A stretch of 63,997 bases of DNA, filler included, from Malassezia furfur (taxonomy: Eukaryota), in assembly GCA_052055015.1 (NCBI GenBank). It is 14 parts of 14 records of this genome, joined end to end, with 100 filler letters (N's around TTAATTAATTAA, not from the genome) between each part and the next. Parts side by side here need not be neighbours in the genome. Positions count along the whole stretch, not along the records: positions 56,453 to 60,959 come from JBQJIT010000669.1; positions 61,060 to 63,997 come from JBQJIT010000831.1; 12 more parts are not named here. One strand, given 5' to 3'. Each line of letters opens with the position of its first letter. Within the stretch, counting starts at the first letter, position 1. Under the pieces are notes generated by a model. The model did not search any database, had not been told where the DNA came from, and saw nothing but the letters and a program-made list of their open reading frames with translations. Of this stretch, positions 57,869 through 63,997 are shown piece after piece. The position numbers were made by a program, and so were the translations under genes.

Positions 57869-59535
57869 ATGGAGCCGGCGCCTTCGTCGTCGTCAGACGC
57901 GCCCTCGTCGCGCAACAACCTCTTCTTCCAGACCATCCACGTGCCGTCGCCGCCGAAGGCCAAGCCGCCGCTCCGCCTCGATAAGAAGCAGGCCGGCCCG
58001 CCGCGGCAGCCGTCGTCGCTCGCTGCTGCGCGCCGCGGGCACGCGAAGCGCCCGTCGTTCGGGCGCATCTCGATGGAGCAGCGCGAGTCGGAGCGCGAGC
58101 GTATCCGCGCGGACCACAGCGTCGACATCCGCGTGCTCCTCGAGCGCGAATACAAGCTCGGCGAGGGGCGCAACGCCGAGGTCTACCTCGGCGCGTACCG
58201 CCGCGTGCACGCACATGCGCCCGCCGACGCACACACACCGTGGGACCTGTGCGCGGTGAAGCGCATGCAGGTCGACCGCGAGTCGCAGCTCGCGGGCCTC
58301 GACGAGGTGTTTGCGCTGCGCCGCTTAGGGCCGCACCCGCACATTGTCCACCTGATAGCCGTCATCGACGAGGTCAGCCTGCGTGCGCCCCCACCGGGCG
58401 ACCTGCTCGCGCCGCCCGCGTCGGGGCCACCCGATTTACCGCGCCTGCTCATCCTGCTCGAATACCTCCCGTGCACCCTCGCGCAGTTTGTCAAGCGCGA
58501 GCCGCGCGCGGTCGACCTGGAGCAATGGATGACATGGGCGCTGCAGCTCACGCGCACCATCGACTGGCTCCACGCGCGGGGGTGCGTGCACGGCGACGTC
58601 AAGATGCAAAATGTGCTGCTCACCGCCGACGGGCAGATCAAGCTGTGCGACTTCACCTCGGTGCTGTTTACGAACGCCGCCGTGCCCGCAACCGACTGCC
58701 TCACAGTCGGCACACCGGCGTACAGTGCGCCGGAGCTCTTCACCTCGTCGTGCTGGATGCCATCCGAGGGGCAGGACCCGACGCACCCCGCGCTCTCCTT
58801 CACGCTCGACGTCTTCTCGCTCGGCGTGCTGCTCTACTCGCTCGCGACCGGCGTCGAGCCGTCGCGGCAAGTCCACGGCATGATCGCGATGCGCCACCGC
58901 CAGTACCAGTTCTTCCAGTCCGAGGAGGAGGACCGCATCGAGCGCATGGCACTGCCACACCGCGACGGTGGACTGCGCCCGCGCGATGTCCGCCGGGACA
59001 CGCCGGTCGGGCGCAGCGCGTCCCAGCGCAGCAGCAGCACATCGTCGTTCGGCGTGTCGGACGCGGCCGTCGACCGGCTGCTCGACCCGGCGTCGCCGGT
59101 GCATGGCGTCGTGTCCAAGACGCGGCAGGCGTCGCCGGACGCCGCGGCGCTGCTCCGCACCAAGTCGCTCTCGGCGACCGACAAGGCGTCACACAATACA
59201 CAGCGCGCGCTCACCACGCACCTCGACGCGCCGGGGCGCCCCTGTACGCTGGAGTGCGCCACGTCGGACGTGCGCAGCAGTGCGGCCGTAGGGCGCGCGC
59301 GGGCGCTGGACGACCTGCCCGAGACCCTGTCGCCGATGCCCGCGTCGCCCGCATCGACGCGCGCCTCGTCGGCGGCGTCGACGCGCTCCGTGTGGCACGT
59401 GCGTCCGGCGAAGCGTCCGGCGGTGGGCGGTTACCAGACGCGGTGCGCACGCTCATACAGCAGATGGTCTCGCCCATACCCGAAGAGCGGCCCACCGCGT
59501 CCCAGGTGCGCCAGCAGCTCGAGCTGTTCTCGTAG
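57869..59535 (+). CDS. Divergent Ser/Thr protein kinase; subdomain XI lies in a different frame (unresolved intron or frameshift)
   Basis: LGEGRNAEVY, CAVKR, HGDVKMQNVLL, CDFT, VGTPAYSAPE, DVFSLG; LIQQMVSPIPEERPTASQV in another frame ending at the TAG 59533-59535. Confidence 0.75.
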
Positions 59536-59578
59536 GCGCGAATTGTACATTGTTCACGTGACGTCGTCGGCTTCCACC

Positions 59579-60195
59579 ATGTACCTGCTGGGCGCGTACC
59601 TGCCGGACCACAAGCTCGTGCGCGTGCGTATTCCGTGCTGACCTTGCAGATTGCGCTCACGACCTTCTACGGGATCTCGTACGATACTGCGCTGCGGATC
59701 TGCGCGCGCATCGGCGTGCATGAGCGCGCGACGGTGATGTCGCTCACCGAGGCGCAGGTCACGGAGCTCTCCGCGTACCTCTCGTCGCCGGGCCTGATTC
59801 CCGCGCGCGGTGCCAGCCCGACGCGCGCCGCCGTCGATGCGCCGCCCGCTCAGGCGCCGCAGACCGCGACGCCGCCGCCGTCGCAGCGCGCGCAGGCATC
59901 CACCGACCCGCTGCGCTCCATCAAAATCGAGGGCGACCTCCGTCGCGACATGCTCGCCAACATTGCGCACCACCGCGCCATCGGTACATACAAGGGGCGG
60001 CGGCATGCGAACGGCTTCCCGGTGCGCGGGCAACGCACGCAGCGCAACGCACTCACCGCGCGCCGCCTGAACCGCCTCGAGCGCCGGCAGCTCTCCACTG
60101 CCACGGCGCCGCACGCACCTACGGACCCTGCTGCAACGCCCGCCCCGTCGCTCACGGAACTGCTGGCGCCGCTTGCGCGCGCGCGCTTCGTGTAG
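59579..60195 (+). CDS. SWS2: Mitochondrial ribosomal protein uS13m; 26-nt intron 59624-59649
   Basis: LPDHKLVR|IALTTFYGI, IEGDLRR...IGTYKGRRHANGFPVRGQRTQRNA. Confidence 0.9.
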
Positions 60196-60232
60196 CCATT
60201 TACATCTAATGAAACAGTACCCTCCCTGGCGC

Positions 60233-60850
60233 TCAAAACAAATCCTCGAGCGTGAGCTGCTTGGCCACGTCCGTGTTGTTCACCATGTCGAGGAACTCGC
60301 TAAAGTCGAGCTTCCCGTCGCCGTTCTTGTCCGCCTCCATGATGGTCTTGTCGACGATCTGCTGCAGCTGCTGATCCTTCAGGTTGCCGCCGACCATCAT
60401 TTTGAGCACAAGGAACAGCTCGCCATTCGAGATGTAGCCGTCGCGGTCCATATCGTACACTTTGAACACAACTGCGTGGTTAGTTTCCCTGCGCGCGCAC
60501 GTACAGTGCATCTTTTCTTCGCGGCTGCCCTGGCTGCTGAATACACTCAGGCCATGCACAAACTCCTGGAAGTCGACCGAGCCGCCGCCACTGTGGTCAG
60601 CACACACGCCCAACGTACTCGGCGTCAAAGATCGAGATGAGCCGGTGCGCCAATGGGTTGTTGGCAACGGCAGGGATCTGCAGAAATTCGTCGCGGTCGA
60701 TGCACCCCGACCCGTCGCGGTCGAGTTTAAGGAAGCGTTTTTTTAGCCGCTGGATCTCGGGAGCGGAGACTGCGTCAGCTCGCACACACACCACCTACAA
60801 TTCGTGCTCCGCTCCATGTCGTTCAGCAACTGCGAGCCCTGCTGCCCCAT
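60233..60850 (-). CDS. CNB1: Calcineurin B regulatory subunit; introns 60770-60798, 60591-60618, 60472-60504
   Basis: MGQ myristoylation start; [53 protein letters not shown]; four EF-hands. Confidence 0.96.
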
Positions 60851-61059
60851 GGTCGTCCGTCGCGCAGCGCCCCGCAACCGCTCGATCACGTGGAAGATCG
60901 GGGTGCGCTTACGCCAGCGCTCGACTACGATGGACGCGATCGACCTGACGCGGCTCAAGNNNNNNNNNNNNNNNNNNNNNNNNNNNNNNNNNNNNNNNNN
61001 NNNTTAATTAATTAANNNNNNNNNNNNNNNNNNNNNNNNNNNNNNNNNNNNNNNNNNNN

Positions 61060-61314
61060 GCGCTCGAGGTGCGCGCGGCGCATCGCATCGCGGTACCCCT
61101 CGTCCGCGCCGCCGGCGTGCGCGCCGGCGCCCGGGTCGCGCTGGAAGCGGCGGCGGTGGTAGTCGGACTCGCGCGCCTGGACCTGGCGCGCCTCGACGCG
61201 CTCCGCGAGCGGGTCATACGCGTCGTCCGCAAACTCGTCGAGCAGGTGCTGCGGCGCGGTGTACTGGTCGAGCACGTTGGCGCGCGCGCCGTCGATGTCG
61301 TCGGGCGGCGCCAT
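61060..61314 (-). CDS. SF3B1: U2 snRNP splicing factor SF3B1/Hsh155, N-terminal fragment
   Basis: QYTAPQHLLDEF...ARESDYHRRRFQR...YRDAMRRAHLER matches the N-terminal pattern of fungal SF3B1. Confidence 0.65.
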
Positions 61315-61330
61315 CGTGGTGGCGGCACGT

Positions 61331-61336
61331 CACGTG
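61331..61336. promoter_or_regulatory. GTCACGTG E-box in the 32-bp SF3B1/ESA1 divergent spacer
   Basis: Between the CAT at 61312-61314 and the ATG at 61347. Confidence 0.6.
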
Positions 61337-61346
61337 CACCTCCTCC

Positions 61347-62750
61347 ATGGCGCCGCGGACGGGGGGCAATGGCGGCGGTGGCGGCGCGCCGGCGCGCACG
61401 AGCGCGGGCGGCACGTACGCGCTCGCGGACGTCGCGGTGGGCTGCAAGCTGTATGTGGTCAAGACGAACCCCGAGAACGGCGAGACCGAGGAGCGGCGCG
61501 CCGAGATCCTCTCGATCCGCGAGAAGCGGCAGAACAAGCTGCACCGCCTGCAGGCCGAGCAGGAGCGCGGCGTGAAGATCGAGGAGGACGCGCCAGAGAT
61601 CGACTACTACGTGCACTACTGCGAGTTCAACAAGCGCCTCGACGAGTGGGTGCCGAGCGCGCGCCTCGTGCTCGCGCGCGAGATGGAGTGGCCGAAGCCG
61701 CCGGAGCCGTCGCCCGCGACGAAGCACACCAAGCGCAAGGTGGTGCACGGCGTGCGCACGACGCCGGGCGCGGACGCGCCCGCGGCGGCGGACGCGGACG
61801 CGGACGCGGAGCGCAAGGACGACACCTTCTCGAAGGAGAAGGAGGTCGAGAAGCTGCGCACGTCGGGCTCCATGACGCAGTGCGCCAGCGAAGTGTCGCG
61901 CGTCAAGAACCTCAACATGATCCAGATGGGGCGCCACCAGATCGAGGCGTGGTACTTCTCGCCGTACCCCGTCGAGTACGCGCACATCGACTGCCTGTAC
62001 CTGTGCGAGATGTGCCTGTCCTACTTCCCCTCCGAGGCGCTGCTCACGCGCCACCGGCACAAGTGCACGCTGCTGCACCCGCCCGGGAACGAGATCTACC
62101 GCAGCGAGGACATCAGCTTCTTCGAGATCGACGGGCGCCGGCAGAAGACGTGGTGCCGCAACCTGTGCCTGCTGTCCAAGTGCTTCCTGGACCACAAGAC
62201 GCTCTACTACGACGTCGACCCCTTCCTGTACTACGTCATGTGCCAGCGCGACAACACGGGGTGCCACATGATCGGCTACTTCTCGAAGGAGAAGGAGAGC
62301 GCCGAGGGCTACAACGTCGCGTGCATCCTCACCCTGCCGCAGCACCAGCGCAGCGGCTTCGGGCGCCTGCTCATCGAGTTCTCCTACGTCCTGTCGAAGC
62401 GCGAGAACAAGCTCGGCTCGCCCGAGAAGCCGCTCTCGGACCTCGGCCTGCTCGGCTACCGCGCGTACTGGACCGAGACGATCGTCGAGCTCCTCCTGCA
62501 CACCGACGACGAGATCAGCATCGACGAGATCGCCACCAAGACCTCGATCACCCACGCCGACGTCCTGCAGACCTGCCAGGCGCTCAACATGCTCAAGCAG
62601 TACCAGGGCAAGCACTACCTCGTGCTCAGCGACGCCATCATCGAGAAGCACGAGCGCCAGATGAAGAAGAAGCGCCGGCGCATCCACCCCGAGGACCTCA
62701 ACTGGAAGCCGCCCGTGTTCACCCGCGACCAGCTCCGCTTCGGTTGGTAG
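61347..62750 (+). CDS. ESA1: MYST histone acetyltransferase Esa1 (NuA4 catalytic subunit)
   Basis: Tudor-knot YYVHYCEFNKRLDEWV, EVEKLRTSGSM, WYFSPYP, C2HC finger, FLDHKTLYYDVDPF, GSPEKPLSDLG. Confidence 0.96.
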   Translation: MAPRTGGNGGGGGAPARTSAGGTYALADVAVGCKLYVVKTNPENGETEERRAEILSIREKRQNKLHRLQAEQERGVKIEEDAPEIDYYVHYCEFNKRLDEWVPSARLVLAREMEWPKPPEPSPATKHTKRKVVHGVRTTPGADAPAAADADADAERKDDTFSKEKEVEKLRTSGSMTQCASEVSRVKNLNMIQMGRHQIEAWYFSPYPVEYAHIDCLYLCEMCLSYFPSEALLTRHRHKCTLLHPPGNEIYRSEDISFFEIDGRRQKTWCRNLCLLSKCFLDHKTLYYDVDPFLYYVMCQRDNTGCHMIGYFSKEKESAEGYNVACILTLPQHQRSGFGRLLIEFSYVLSKRENKLGSPEKPLSDLGLLGYRAYWTETIVELLLHTDDEISIDEIATKTSITHADVLQTCQALNMLKQYQGKHYLVLSDAIIEKHERQMKKKRRRIHPEDLNWKPPVFTRDQLRFGW

Positions 62751-62786
62751 CGCCGTAGCGTCTCGTACCCCCACCTCCACACACGC

Positions 62787-63871
62787 ATGCGCGTGTCGAT
62801 CCCTTCGCTGCCCGCGGGGCCGCACGCCCCGCCCACCGTGCACAGCGTCGAGCGTGCCGTGCAGCTCATCGAGCAGCTGCTCGCACGCAACGCGCGCCCG
62901 CTCGTGCTCACGGGCGCGGGCGTGTCGGTGGACAGCGGGATCAAGTCGTACCGCGGCGAAAACGGCATGTACCGTACGTCGGCGCACCTCACCCAGTGAA
63001 CCGCGGCTACCGGCCCATCTACTTCCACGAGTTCGTCGACGCCGGCGCCGCAGGCGACGCCAAGCGCCACCGGTACTGGGCGCGCTCGTTCCTCGGCTAC
63101 CCGCCGCTCCGCATCGCACAGCCCAACACCACCCACACGGCGCTCGCGGCGCTCCAGCGCGCAGGGTCCGTGCACGGACTCATCACCCAGAACGTCGACC
63201 GCCTGCACCACGCCGCTTGGCACGGCGTGCCGCCCAACTCGGTCGAGCTCCACGGCGCGCTCTCCGAGGTGGAGTGCGTCGCGCGCGGGACGCAGGCGCC
63301 CAGGCACACCTCGCGCTGGTGGGACGTCGCCTCCTCCAAGACGTTTGGGCCCATGGACCGCTACACCACCGCACACATCCACGACGCGGGCACGGGCTGC
63401 GGCTTCGTCGCACCGCGCGACGCGCTCCAGGACGAGCTCGCGGACGCCAACCCGGCGTGGGCGACGTGGGCCGAGCGCCTCCTCCACGAGCCGGACCTCT
63501 CGCTGCGCCGCAACCCCGACGGCGACGTCCAGCTCGAGGGCGTCGACTACGATACCTTTGCATACCCCCCCTGCCCGTCGTGCGGCGGCGTGCTCAAGCC
63601 GGACGTGGTCTTCTTTGGCGAAAACGTACGCAACTCGGTGCGCCTCGCCGCCGAGCGCCTCGCGCGCGACGCCGATGCCCTGCTCGTCATCGGCTCGACG
63701 CTCGCGACGCACTCGGCGTACCGCCTCGTGCGCGACATGGTCGAGGCGGGCAAGCCCGCCATCCTGCTCAACCGCGGGCCGACGCGCGCCGACGCGCTCC
63801 TCGAGCACCGCATCGGCTTCGACTGTGCCCAGGTCATGGGGCAGGTCGTGCAAAACATGTTACATACATAG
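62787..63871 (+). CDS. Class II (SIRT4-like) sirtuin; 23-nt intron 62974-62996
   Basis: LTGAGVSVDSGIKSYRG, RYWARSFLG, ITQNVDRLH, ELHG, NPDGDV, CPSCGGVLKPDVVFFGEN. Confidence 0.9.
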
Positions 63872-63997
63872 CTACGACGTCGAGCTCGGCGCTTTGCGCT
63901 GCGTTAGTAAGACACGTACGGCTCGGCGCTCTTCGCGCAGGCGCTGCAGCTCGGCCATCTTGGCCGCCATCGCCGCCGAGGGGACCTTGGGGCCGGC
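63872..63997 (-). CDS. C-terminal fragment of an unidentified gene; probable 21-nt intron 63899-63919
   Basis: ..AKMAELQRLREERRA|RKAPSSTS*; intron GTACGTGTCTTACTAACGCAG. Confidence 0.55.
   Translation of the reverse strand, partial: AGPKVPSAAMAAKMAELQRLREERRAVRVLLTQRKAPSSTS

Overview
Eukaryotic (fungal) DNA, most consistent with a GC-rich Malassezia-type basidiomycete yeast. The evidence is extreme gene density, fungal genes such as HIS4, a group III hybrid histidine kinase, ATP14 and complex I subunits, and tiny GT-AG introns; the species cannot be determined from this sequence. The window is not a contiguous locus. It is 14 short contigs of about 4.5-4.7 kb, sorted by decreasing length and joined by 13 artificial 100-nt N44-TTAATTAATTAA-N44 spacers, so adjacency across gaps is meaningless. 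It holds about 45 whole or partial housekeeping genes and no recognisable RNA genes, transposons or CRISPR arrays. The main signals are architectural. (1) I reconstructed 41 spliceosomal introns by hand; 26 are only 21-26 nt, five are 21 nt, and most have an unusual GTACGT/GTGCGT donor (+4 C). (2) Two 5-6 nt microexons are each preceded by a longer intron with a distally placed branch point. (3) The only long intron (RPL35, 204 nt) carries a long-range stem that could collapse it to near-minimal size. (4) A CACGTG E-box sits in 11 of 12 divergent promoters, some only 32-35 bp from ATG to ATG. (5) Some convergent stops abut and some tandem genes are only 15-56 bp apart. Most long ORFs in the supplied track are GC-rich shadow ORFs.
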